64,000 bases of DNA from an uncultured bacterium (GTDB lineage Bacteria > Verrucomicrobiota > Verrucomicrobiia > Limisphaerales > UBA8199), in contig CAVVMW010000006.1 of assembly GCA_963749495.1 (NCBI GenBank), positions 864,001 through 928,000 on the forward strand, read 5' to 3'. Position 1 is the stretch's first letter, and each line of letters begins with the position of its first letter. The notes under the pieces were generated by a model. It was not told the DNA's origin, ran no database searches, and worked only from the letters and a program-made list of their open reading frames with translations. Shown here piece after piece: positions 54,392 through 63,172 of the stretch. Both the position numbers and the translations under genes were made by a program.

Positions 54392-55897
54392 ATGCTCGCA
54401 TGGACGATCTATAGCTCGTTTCTGGGCGTGATAGCCCTGATGCTGGCGCCGCGCGGCAATGCGCGTGCGGCCAGGGCCATTGCCCTGGCTGCGGCGATCG
54501 TGGGCTTCCTCATCGCCGTGGCGGGCGTGGCGCAGGCCAGGCCCGGGGGGATTCAGACGGTGACCCGGGTGCCCTGGATTGCGTCATTAGGCATCGAGTA
54601 TCACCTGGCTGCCGACGGGATCACCCTGTCGCTGCTGCTGCTCACGGGCCTGGCGGCCATCGCGGGCGTCCTCTTCTCCTGGAACATCGAGCACCGGGCA
54701 AAGGAGTTCTTCGCCTTTTACCTTGCCCTGATTGGCGGGGTCTATGGCGTGTTCCTCAGTTTCGATGTCTTCCTGCTGTTCGTCTTTTACGAGTTGGCCA
54801 TTATTCCCAAGTACTTTCTCATCGCGATCTGGGGCTCGACGCGCAAGGAATACGGGGCGATGAAGCTGGCGCTCTATTCGTTGGTCGGGAGCGCGATGGT
54901 GCTGATCGGGTTGCTGGCGGCCTACGTGATGGCCGGGTCCAGGACGACGGACCTGCTCGAATTGGCGGGCGCTGCTTTTCCTCAGGCCTTTCAATTGTGG
55001 GCTTTCCCGCTCACGTTCGTCGGGTTCGCCATCCTGGCCGGGCTATGGCCGTTTCACACCTGGGCCCCCACCGGGCACGTGGCCGCGCCGACGGCTGCCT
55101 CGATGCTGCTGGCAGGCGTGGTGATGAAGCTCGGCGCCTACGGCTGCCTGCGGGTGGCCATGACCGTCTTTCCGCACGGCCTGGACCCTTGGGGCTATGG
55201 GGTCCTGGGCTTCGGCTCGTGGCGCGACGTGTTCAGTCTGCTGGCGGTGATCGGCATTGTCTATGGCGCGATGGTTGCCCTGGTGCAGGCGGACTTCAAG
55301 TTCGTCATCGGTTACTCCAGCGTGAGCCACATGGGGTTTGTGCTGCTGGGCCTGCTGACGCTCCAGCCGGCCGGCCTGAACGGCTCCGTGCTCCAGATGC
55401 TCTCGCACGGCATCCTGGCCGGGTTGCTCTTCGCCGTCGTGGGCCGAATGGTCTATGACCGGACGCACACGCGGGATTTGGCGCGGCTGCAAGGGATGCG
55501 CCTGGGCCGGTTGATGCCCTTCGCGGCGGTCACCTTCATCATCGGGAGTTTGGCGGCGATGGGCCTGCCTGGGTTCAGCGGTTTTGTGGCCGAGTTGCAG
55601 GTGCTGCTTGGGGCCTGGCGGGCCTTTCCAGTCCTGGCGGTGGTGGCCGGGTTCGGCATCCTGGTGGGGGTCGCCTACGCGCTGCGGACGCTGCAGTTGG
55701 CCTTCCTGGGCGAACGGGCGCCGGGCCCGCCCCAGGCCCAGGAGCAGGCGGAACTGGCGCCGATCTCGGTTCCCGAACGCATCGGCGCCGTTCTCCTGAT
55801 AGCCGCCTCATTGTTCATTGGCCTCTTCCCGCAGTGGATCATCGGCCTGGTGGCGCCAAGCTTCGGCTCGCCCCTGTTCCACGAGTTGCTCAAGTGA
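54392..55897 (+). CDS. nuoM: NADH-quinone oxidoreductase subunit M (copy 2, divergent)
   Basis: YELAIIPKYFLI, PFHTWAPTGHVAAPTA, MKLGAYG, GLPGFSGFVAE. Confidence 0.85.
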   Translation: MLAWTIYSSFLGVIALMLAPRGNARAARAIALAAAIVGFLIAVAGVAQARPGGIQTVTRVPWIASLGIEYHLAADGITLSLLLLTGLAAIAGVLFSWNIEHRAKEFFAFYLALIGGVYGVFLSFDVFLLFVFYELAIIPKYFLIAIWGSTRKEYGAMKLALYSLVGSAMVLIGLLAAYVMAGSRTTDLLELAGAAFPQAFQLWAFPLTFVGFAILAGLWPFHTWAPTGHVAAPTAASMLLAGVVMKLGAYGCLRVAMTVFPHGLDPWGYGVLGFGSWRDVFSLLAVIGIVYGAMVALVQADFKFVIGYSSVSHMGFVLLGLLTLQPAGLNGSVLQMLSHGILAGLLFAVVGRMVYDRTHTRDLARLQGMRLGRLMPFAAVTFIIGSLAAMGLPGFSGFVAELQVLLGAWRAFPVLAVVAGFGILVGVAYALRTLQLAFLGERAPGPPQAQEQAELAPISVPERIGAVLLIAASLFIGLFPQWIIGLVAPSFGSPLFHELLK

Positions 55898-55931
55898 ATG
55901 ATGCCATGAAGACCACCAAACGCGCGCAGCA

Positions 55932-56236
55932 GGGCGCATTCCGACACTGCCCCCGAACCGGGAGAGCAGCCCACCCCCCTTCCCCCCTCCCATGCGCTCG
56001 GAGCGCATGGGAGGGGGAGATTTGTTCTTGCCGTTTACCCAGGGCGGCGGCCCGCCTGCGCTGCGCTCCGGCGGGCCTTGCCCTGGGCTATTATCTTGCC
56101 GCCCCTTCGGGGCTCCAGAGTGTTGCGCTCCGCGCAGTGAGGTGGAATTCGGGCGCGTTTTTGGGGCGCGCGCGGCACAGCGGACTGTGGACTGTGGACT
56201 GTGGACTGTGGACTGTGGACTGTGGACTGTGGACTG
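55932..56236. repeat. MITE left end, REP hairpins and a (tgtggac)x7 heptamer array between nuoM2 and nuoN
   Basis: gggcgcattccgacactgcccc at 55932; tcccccctcccatgcgctc / gagcgcatgggaggggga; heptamers at 56182-56236. Confidence 0.8.
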
Positions 56237-56240
56237 ACCG

Positions 56241-57767
56241 ATGAGCTACCTGGGCCTCTTGGAGTCGGCCGCGCCCGAGACGATCGTCGTCCTGGGGGCG
56301 CTGGCGGTGTTGGCGGCGGACCTCCTGGCGATGCGGGACCTGGAACTGCGCTACCGATTGCTCATCGGCGCGATGATCGCCTCGGCCGGGTGCGCGGCCG
56401 CGGTGGCGTGGATGCTCGTGCTGCCGGGCGACGCCCATCTGCTGGAGGGCATGCTGGTTGTCGATCCGCTCATCCGCCTGGTCAAAGGCGGCCTCCTGGT
56501 CCTGACGATCGTGACGCTCCTGCTCTCGGTCGAAACGGACTTCACTGAGCACGTCGGCGAATACTACGCGTTGGTCCTGTTGGCGGCGGTGGGGATGATG
56601 TTCCTGGTGAGCGCGGAAGACATCCTGATGATCTTCATTGCCCTGGAGTTGACGAGCCTCAGTCTCTATGTCCTGACCGCGTTCAATAAACACAACATTG
56701 AGTCGGCGGAGGCGGCGCTCAAGTATTTCCTGTTCGGCAGCATGGCGGCGGCCTTCACACTTTTTGGGTTGAGCCTGCTCTACGGGATTGCCGGCTCGAC
56801 CAACCTGGGCGAGATTGCCCGGGCGGTCGCCAGCAAGGCCGTCCGGCTTAGTCCGGGCGCGGATGGGTTGGTGGGGACGCACCTGGATCCCCTGCTGGCG
56901 GGGGCGATTGTCATGACGGTCATCGGCTTCGGGTTCAAAGTCGCGGCGGTGCCATTCCATTTGTGGGCGCCGGATGCCTACCAAGGCGCCCCGATACCCA
57001 GCGCGGCGTTCATCGCCTCGGGTTCCAAGGTGGCGAGCTTTTTCATCTTGGCCAAGGTGATGTCGCTGGGTTTTGCGGGCGTGGAGGGCAGTGGGGCGTG
57101 GCGGGGATTTGCCGCCGGGTGGGTCCCGCTGCTGGGGGTGATTGCGGCGGCATCGATGGTCCTGGGCAACCTGGCGGCGCTGGCCCAAACCAGCGTGCGG
57201 CGCCTGCTGGCCTATTCGGCCATCGCCCATGCGGGCTACATGCTCCTGGCCGTCATGTCGGGGGCCGGCCCCGGCCTGGCGCCGCTCCTCTACTATGCCT
57301 TCACTTACGGCCTGAGCGTGGTCGGCGCCTTCGGGGCCGTTTCCATTGTCCGACAGCAGTCGGGCGGCAACCGTTTAACCGATTTCGCCGGGCTGGGCCG
57401 GCGCGCCCCGGTGCTGGCCTTTTGCACGCTGGTGTTCATGCTCTCCCTGGCCGGCATCCCGCCGCTGGCCGGGTTTTTCGGGAAGTTCTATGTCTTCAGC
57501 GTGGCGCTCGGGGCGGGGGCGCCGCAACTGGGGTTGCTCTGGCTGGTGATCCTGGCGGTCGCGATGAGCGCCGTGTCGCTGTATTACTATCTCCAAGTGC
57601 TCAAGCAGGTCTATGTCGTCGAGACCCCGGGCATGCGCTGCCCCGGGCGCGCGCCGGTGACCCATTGCGTGCTGGTCCTGCTGGCCGCGGCCGTGGTCGT
57701 CCTGGGTTGCGCGCCGGGCCTGCTGACCGGGCCGCTCGCCCAGGCGGTGCGGTCCGCGGGGCTGTAG
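56241..57767 (+). CDS. nuoN: NADH-quinone oxidoreductase subunit N
   Basis: ELTSLSLYVL, EAALKYF, FKVAAVPFHLWAPDAYQGAP, LSLAGIPPLAGFFGKF. Confidence 0.94.
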   Translation: MSYLGLLESAAPETIVVLGALAVLAADLLAMRDLELRYRLLIGAMIASAGCAAAVAWMLVLPGDAHLLEGMLVVDPLIRLVKGGLLVLTIVTLLLSVETDFTEHVGEYYALVLLAAVGMMFLVSAEDILMIFIALELTSLSLYVLTAFNKHNIESAEAALKYFLFGSMAAAFTLFGLSLLYGIAGSTNLGEIARAVASKAVRLSPGADGLVGTHLDPLLAGAIVMTVIGFGFKVAAVPFHLWAPDAYQGAPIPSAAFIASGSKVASFFILAKVMSLGFAGVEGSGAWRGFAAGWVPLLGVIAAASMVLGNLAALAQTSVRRLLAYSAIAHAGYMLLAVMSGAGPGLAPLLYYAFTYGLSVVGAFGAVSIVRQQSGGNRLTDFAGLGRRAPVLAFCTLVFMLSLAGIPPLAGFFGKFYVFSVALGAGAPQLGLLWLVILAVAMSAVSLYYYLQVLKQVYVVETPGMRCPGRAPVTHCVLVLLAAAVVVLGCAPGLLTGPLAQAVRSAGL

Positions 57768-58005
57768 CTTGGGGTCACCACTCGGTTTGCACCTGGAATG
57801 CGGCTCGGGGCTCGCGATGCGGGCGTTGGAGGCAACCTATGCGGCGCGCGGCCCCCCGCAAATAGGGTTCTCACCCCAAGTGTCAGACAAACCACGACAA
57901 CAAAATCGGACACGGGCGGATAGGAGGACTTTGAGATTTGAGGAGAATCTGGCCTGCGAAGCGGAAGCGGGCACTCGGTGCGGAGTGCCTGGCTTGGCGA
58001 CGACG

Positions 58006-58980
58006 ATGATGAAGCTGCAGATCCCTGGACGCGATTGCACCGCGGTGTTCAAGACGGTCCTCCTCCTGGCCGGCTTGGCCCTGCCCGGCATCGGCTTGGC
58101 CGGACACGACCTGCCCTCGCCCAAGCACGCCAACCCGCGTGTCGGCCCCCCTCCGGCCAAGACCGTCAAGGTCACGACCCGGAGGGAAGGGGCCGTGACG
58201 CATTTCTATGTCGAGAATACCGAGTTCTGCGAGATCACCATGACCTTCGAGATGGCCCTGGTGAACCTGAAAGGCGAGGCCCCCTTTCCCCGCACGCTCA
58301 CGTTCCCGGCCCGGCGGGTCACCGAGGCCTTCTCACTCTCCCCGCTCAAGGCCGGCCAACCCTGGGAATACAGCTATACCAACTTCTTCAAGCTCGGCAG
58401 CAATTGCGTCCGCCATAACGAGGCCAGCGTCTATCTGCTGCCTTATGCCCCAGGCGCCGAATACAAGGTCACCCAGGGCTTCAACGGCAGCTTCAGCCAC
58501 ACTGGCGCCAACCAATACGCCATCGATTGGAAAATGCCCGAGGGCACGCCCGTCCGCGCCGCCCGCGGCGGCGCGGTCGTGCGGGTCAAGGACGATTCCA
58601 ACACCGGCGGGTCGAGCATGAAATACGACCCCTGCAACAATTACGTCCTCATTCGCCACGACAACGGCACCCTCGGGCACTATTGCCACCTGCAGAAGGG
58701 CGGTTGCGTGGTCAAGCCCGGCCAGACGGTTGCCGCGGGCCAGATTATCGCCCGCTCCGGCAACACCGGCTTCTCCAGCGGCCCCCACCTCCATTTCTGC
58801 GTCTATCGGACCAAAGACGGGCGCCAGCGCGAGAGCATCCCGATCAAGTTCAGGACCGAGGAGGGCCTGGTGGTCACGCCGATCGAGGGCCACAGCTACC
58901 GGGCCGCGCCAATCCAAAGCGCGAGCGCCTTCCCCCCAGGCAGCCTCCAGCCCACTTGGCAGACGGCGATGGCGCGGTGA
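58006..58980 (+). CDS. M23-family metallopeptidase
   Basis: H....YAID..MPEGTPV.AAR.G, YCHL, SGNTGFSSGPHLHF. Confidence 0.9.
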   Translation: MMKLQIPGRDCTAVFKTVLLLAGLALPGIGLAGHDLPSPKHANPRVGPPPAKTVKVTTRREGAVTHFYVENTEFCEITMTFEMALVNLKGEAPFPRTLTFPARRVTEAFSLSPLKAGQPWEYSYTNFFKLGSNCVRHNEASVYLLPYAPGAEYKVTQGFNGSFSHTGANQYAIDWKMPEGTPVRAARGGAVVRVKDDSNTGGSSMKYDPCNNYVLIRHDNGTLGHYCHLQKGGCVVKPGQTVAAGQIIARSGNTGFSSGPHLHFCVYRTKDGRQRESIPIKFRTEEGLVVTPIEGHSYRAAPIQSASAFPPGSLQPTWQTAMAR

Positions 58981-59051
58981 GCCGGCCTCTCAGGCAAACC
59001 CCTGGACAAACCGGGTTGCCCTTTCGAGCGGGGGATTCTACTTTCACCCCC

Positions 59052-59672
59052 GTGATTGCACTGCTCGACTACGGCTCCGGCAACCTGCGCAGCGTCCACA
59101 AGGCCTTGCTCAAGGTGGGCGCCCAGGTGCTCGTGGCGCAACGGCCCGAACAGATGGCCGAGGCCCGGGCGGCCGTCCTGCCCGGGGTGGGCGCCTTCGA
59201 CGACTGCATCCGCGCCCTCGAACGGCAGGCCCTGCTGGAGGCCACGCGGCAGTTCATCAACTCCGGCCGCCCCTTCCTGGGCATCTGCGTCGGCTACCAG
59301 GCCCTTTTCGAGAAGAGCGAGGAGTTCAACAGTTGCGCCCCCGGCCTCGGCCTCTTCCAGGGCAAGGTCGTCCGGTTCTCGGAGGCCGACGGCCTCAAGA
59401 TCCCCCAGATCGGCTGGAACCAGCTCGACATCATCCGCACGGATTGCCCCCTCTACCGCGGCGTCGCGCAGTCGAGCTACGTCTATTTCGTCCATAGCTT
59501 TTTCCCCAAACCCGCCCAGGCCTCCATCGTGGCCACGCGCACCACCTACGGCCAGGCCTTCGCCTCGTCCGTCTGGCGCGACAACGTCTTCGCCACCCAG
59601 TTTCACCCCGAAAAGAGCCAGAAGGTCGGGCTGCAATTGCTCCGGAACTTCGTCGAATTGGTGAGTGAATGA
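59052..59672 (+). CDS. hisH: Imidazole glycerol phosphate synthase glutamine amidotransferase subunit
   Basis: LDYGSGNLRSV, LPGVGAF, LGICVG.Q, YFVHSF, TQFHPEKSQ. Confidence 0.95.
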   Translation: MIALLDYGSGNLRSVHKALLKVGAQVLVAQRPEQMAEARAAVLPGVGAFDDCIRALERQALLEATRQFINSGRPFLGICVGYQALFEKSEEFNSCAPGLGLFQGKVVRFSEADGLKIPQIGWNQLDIIRTDCPLYRGVAQSSYVYFVHSFFPKPAQASIVATRTTYGQAFASSVWRDNVFATQFHPEKSQKVGLQLLRNFVELVSE

Positions 59673-59676
59673 CGGG

Positions 59677-59710
59677 TTGACGCAGAGCGCGGTTCATCTT
59701 AAGATGAACC
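59677..59710 (+). promoter_or_regulatory. Sigma70-type promoter with a 20-bp palindromic operator
   Basis: TTGACG-17-TAAGAT; perfect palindrome ggttcatctt|aagatgaacc (59691-59710) covers the -10 box. Confidence 0.75.
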
Positions 59711-59714
59711 TGTT

Positions 59715-59970
59715 ATGCACGCGTTGATAAGCGCCAAAGAGCTCCGGGCCTCGCTGCCGGAGGTGGTCGAGAAGGTGCGGCATGGCGCGCGGTTCACCGT
59801 CTTGTACCGCAGCCGGCCAGGCATTCCAGATCGTGCCAGTGGAGGCTGCCGTTGTTGCGAGGCGTCCGTTGGAGGACGAGCCGCTCTATCGGGCCAAACC
59901 GGTCGGGCGCTCGAAAGACGGCAAAACCGCGGCGGAGCACGATGCGGCGCTCTATGGGTTAGCATGTTGA
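59715..59970 (+). CDS. Phd/YefM-like antitoxin; frameshift near 59818
   Basis: ISAKELRASLPEVVEKVRHG.RFTV.YRSRP joined to AFQIVPV...EHDAALYG. Confidence 0.75.
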
Positions 59971-59984
59971 CGGTCCCCGTTGTG

Positions 59985-60136
59985 AGAAGGCCCGGGCGAT
60001 CTTCTTTCGTTATCGCGACAAGGATTTCTCATTCACCGACTGCACCAGCTTCGTTGTCATGCGCGAACTGAGGCTACGCGAGGCTTTGACCACGGACCGC
60101 CATTTTGCGCAAATGGGCTTCGTGATGATGCCTTGA
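59985..60136 (+). pseudogene. 3' remnant of a PIN/VapC toxin
   Basis: FFRYRDKDFSFTDCTSFVVMREL.LREALTTDRHFAQMGF; the N-terminal half is missing. Confidence 0.8.
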
Positions 60137-60266
60137 TCCGGCGATCCGAGGTCCCTCCCTTGACTTTGGCACAGACGTGCTATCTTGCATGGTTCGCACC
60201 AGGTGGCGGCATTACACAGAAAAGAAAATCATAACGTTACGGAAAACTGATTGACTCGGAAAGATT

Positions 60267-60896
60267 ATGGCATACGAACTACCCCCTCTTCCCTATCCCA
60301 AGGAGGCGCTGGAGCCTTACATCGATGCGTTGACGATGGAGATTCATCACGACAAGCATCATGGCGCTTACGTGACCAACGTGAACAAGGCCATCGCCGG
60401 CAAGCCCGACTTGGAGAAGAAGAGCATCGAAGACCTGCTCCGGGGCCTGGACTCTGTCCCGGCGGACATCCGGACGGCCGTGCGCAACAACGGCGGCGGG
60501 CACCTCAACCACACCATGTTCTGGAAGCTCCTGGCGCCCAAGGCGGGCGGGGCGCCCCCCGGCAGGCTCGCCGAGGACCTCAAGGCCGCCTTCGGCAGCT
60601 TCGAGAGCTTCAAGGAGAAGTTCGAGAGCGCCGGCCTGGCACGCTTCGGCAGCGGCTGGGTCTGGCTGGTCCTCAACCAGGGCAAGCTGGAGATCGTCTC
60701 GACGCCCAACCAGGACAACCCGATCATGGGCAAGGCTCTCTCCGGGGCCCAAGGCAAACCGATCTTCGGCTGCGACGTTTGGGAACACGCCTATTACCTC
60801 AAGTACCAGAACCGCCGCGGCGACTATCTCAAGGCCTTCTGGAACGTCGTCAACTGGCCCGAAGTGGTCAAGAACTATGATAAGGCTAAAGGCTAA
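60267..60896 (+). CDS. sodA: Superoxide dismutase (Mn/Fe family, Mn-type signature)
   Basis: [36 protein letters not shown]. Confidence 0.93.
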   Translation: MAYELPPLPYPKEALEPYIDALTMEIHHDKHHGAYVTNVNKAIAGKPDLEKKSIEDLLRGLDSVPADIRTAVRNNGGGHLNHTMFWKLLAPKAGGAPPGRLAEDLKAAFGSFESFKEKFESAGLARFGSGWVWLVLNQGKLEIVSTPNQDNPIMGKALSGAQGKPIFGCDVWEHAYYLKYQNRRGDYLKAFWNVVNWPEVVKNYDKAKG

Positions 60897-60937
60897 AGGC
60901 TGAAGGCTAAAGTAAAGGCTAAAGGCTAAAGGCTAAA
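60882..60937 (+). repeat. Heptamer array (aggcta/ga)n overlapping the sodA stop
   Basis: aaggctaaaggctaaaggctgaaggctaaa... Confidence 0.9.
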
Positions 60938-61059
60938 CTACGGAGCTCGAGCGCGGAAGGGCCGGCGCGTCGGACCGGTCGCTTATAGTGAGTACCATCA
61001 CGGCGTGAACGACCGGGCGCAACGCCCGCAGGCGGAACCCATCCCGGAAGGGATGGGAA

Positions 61060-61715
61060 TCATCGCGCGTCGCGTAGCGACGCAGTGGAGGTAGCCGTGG
61101 ACCTCGGTCCTTGGCATTACCCACATCCTCGGGTGCCCTCATCAAGCGCATCTGATGGGCGTGACGGATTTCCGAAGCACATTTCTCATCCCGGAGGGAT
61201 GCCAAAAGGTAGCCGGGGGTCGAAGCGTAGCGAGACCCCCGGTGCCGCGACGGCAAGGGATTGCATCCCAGAGGGATGCCAGAAGGCGCCCGCCGCCAAC
61301 GTGTGCTCTTCTGGCACCCCGCCGGGGTGCAGGGCCACCGACGCCCTCAACCGGGGGTTGCCGCTGGACGGCGACCCCCGGCTACCTTCTGCCAACCCTC
61401 CGGGTTGGCCGGGCGTTGCCGCCGGCTGGTATCAGGGGCGCCTTTGGCGGCTGAAACTGGCATGCTCCTCAGGCGTTTCTCCCGCCTGCCCAGAAGGGGA
61501 ACTGATATGGCCGGTCAGGAGATGTGGGTAACGACAAGGACCTCGGTCCACGGTTCAGGGCTTGGGAATGTTCATGCGTTGCGGTTTTCAGGCGTTGCTA
61601 CGCGACGCGGTTGAGCTTGGGCCATGGGTGCGTGGAGTGGAAGTCCACGGCTACCATCGGGCACCGCTACGCGGTGAGCCGGGGGCAGCGCTCGTCGCGG
61701 AGCGACGCAGTGAAC
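61060..61715. repeat. REP cluster (family of 13772-14013) interrupted by a MITE
   Basis: Matches 13772-13960 on both sides of the insert. Confidence 0.75.
61109..61539 (+). mobile_element. 431-bp MITE with 19-bp terminal inverted repeats and an 8-bp target duplication
   Basis: ccttggcattacccacatc / gatgtgggtaacgacaagg; acctcggt at 61101-61108 and 61540-61547. Confidence 0.88.
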
Positions 61716-61747
61716 CTTCAGCCTTTAGCCTTCAGCCTTTAGCCTTT
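61715..61747 (-). repeat. Heptamer array (reverse complement of the 60882 array) overlapping the pfp stop
   Basis: ccttcagcctttagccttcagcctttagccttt. Confidence 0.9.
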
Positions 61748-62956
61748 CCCCTTCCCCCTCTGCCCGATGTCGGCAAGGAGTTGCTCGAACCAGGGGGTGT
61801 CGAGGTTGAAAGGCTTGCCGCCTTTGACTCGGCCAAACTCGATGGGGCGCAGGATGCCTCCCTGGTCTTCGTCGTGGCCGATAACGCCCGGTTCGCGGCG
61901 CAGGGCGCATTCGACGGCCAAATCCACGCACGATTTGATGAGGCGGAGGTTGTCGGGGTTGGCCGCGGCGGCGCGGGAGTAATAGCCGCTCTTTTGCACG
62001 AGGGTCTTCTCGGCCCCGATCATCCTGCCGAACTGGTTGCCGAACCATTTGCCGGGGTTGACGGCGTCCAGTTTGACATGGCCGAAGGCGTCGCGGGGGA
62101 TTTCCTCGCCCTTGGCCTGGAGTTCGGCGACGATCTCACCCACGCCCGCGCCCTCCGAGATGAAGAGGTTCACGGCATCGACCGTGTCCATGACCTTGCG
62201 CAGGCGCGCCGCCTCGGCGGCGAGGTTGATTTGCATTTCCGGGATGAACACCGCGTGGATATCGAAGCACCGGCGGTCCAGGCCCAGGGCCGGCAGCCAC
62301 TCGCAACGATCGAGCATGGCGCGGTAGGCCCGGGCTGTCGCCGCCGTCAGCCAGCCGCAGTTGCGGCCCATGACCTCGTGGACAATGAGCATGCGCGGGT
62401 TGGCGTTGTTCTCGGCCACGACATTCCAGAAGTAATGGGCGCCCTGCTCAGCGGCCGTCCAGGCCCCGAGCGATTGCTTGATGGGATAGACGTCATTGTC
62501 GATCGTCTTTGGCAGGCCGATGACGGTGAGGCCGTAGTTGGCCTTTGCCAGGAAGGCCGCCAGGTCGGCGGCCGCCGCGTTGGTGTCATCACCGCCGATG
62601 GTGTGCAGCACGTCCACCTTGTCCTTGATGAGTTGGTCGGCGGCAACCTGCTGCGGGTCCTGGCCCGGTTTGACCAGGCCGCGTTTGAGGCAGTCCTTCA
62701 CGTTGGTGAGCTTGACGCGGCTGTTGCCAATGGGCGAGCCGCCGAAACGATGGAGCACGGCCGCCTTGGCCCGGATCTCGGGTGTGACCTTGTAGCTCTC
62801 CCCCAGGAGCAGGCCCTTGTAACCGCCGCGGTAGCAAATCATCTCGATGCTCGGGTCAATCTCGGTGTAACGCTCGATCAACCCGCCAATGGCAGAACTC
62901 AGGCACGGGGCCAGGCCGCCTGCCGTCAAGATCGCGACTTTCTTCGGTTTGTTCAT
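61739..62956 (-). CDS. pfp: Pyrophosphate-dependent phosphofructokinase
   Basis: TAGGLAPCLS, TIGGDDT, PKTIDND, EVMGRNCG; the GGDD motif indicates PPi dependence. Confidence 0.92.
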   Translation of the reverse strand: MNKPKKVAILTAGGLAPCLSSAIGGLIERYTEIDPSIEMICYRGGYKGLLLGESYKVTPEIRAKAAVLHRFGGSPIGNSRVKLTNVKDCLKRGLVKPGQDPQQVAADQLIKDKVDVLHTIGGDDTNAAAADLAAFLAKANYGLTVIGLPKTIDNDVYPIKQSLGAWTAAEQGAHYFWNVVAENNANPRMLIVHEVMGRNCGWLTAATARAYRAMLDRCEWLPALGLDRRCFDIHAVFIPEMQINLAAEAARLRKVMDTVDAVNLFISEGAGVGEIVAELQAKGEEIPRDAFGHVKLDAVNPGKWFGNQFGRMIGAEKTLVQKSGYYSRAAAANPDNLRLIKSCVDLAVECALRREPGVIGHDEDQGGILRPIEFGRVKGGKPFNLDTPWFEQLLADIGQRGKGKG

Positions 62957-63002
62957 TTTACGTTCAACGTGCGCGCGATCCTATGGCCCCACCGGAAAGC
63001 GT

Positions 63003-63050
63003 CAAGGGACAAAAGGGACCAAAGCGACATAAGGGACATAAGGGACAAGG
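63003..63050 (+). repeat. Nonamer tandem array (aagggacat-like)
   Basis: aagcgacataagggacataagggac is identical to part of 50177-50230. Confidence 0.85.
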
Positions 63051-63172
63051 GGTGCGCCTCACCAGGCATCTTCTGCGAATGATTCTGCCTCTCCTCCCGC
63101 CAATGGTTCTGCCCCCGGGCCGGTTCCACCTTGCCGCGCAGCGCTCCTTGCGGCTAGATTAGGCTCGACTTT

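Noticed and set aside
46800..56236. Inverted heptamer arrays as ends of a single 9.4-kb mobile unit
   Set aside because: No shared target duplication, and the interval would separate nuoN from its operon; more likely independent copies
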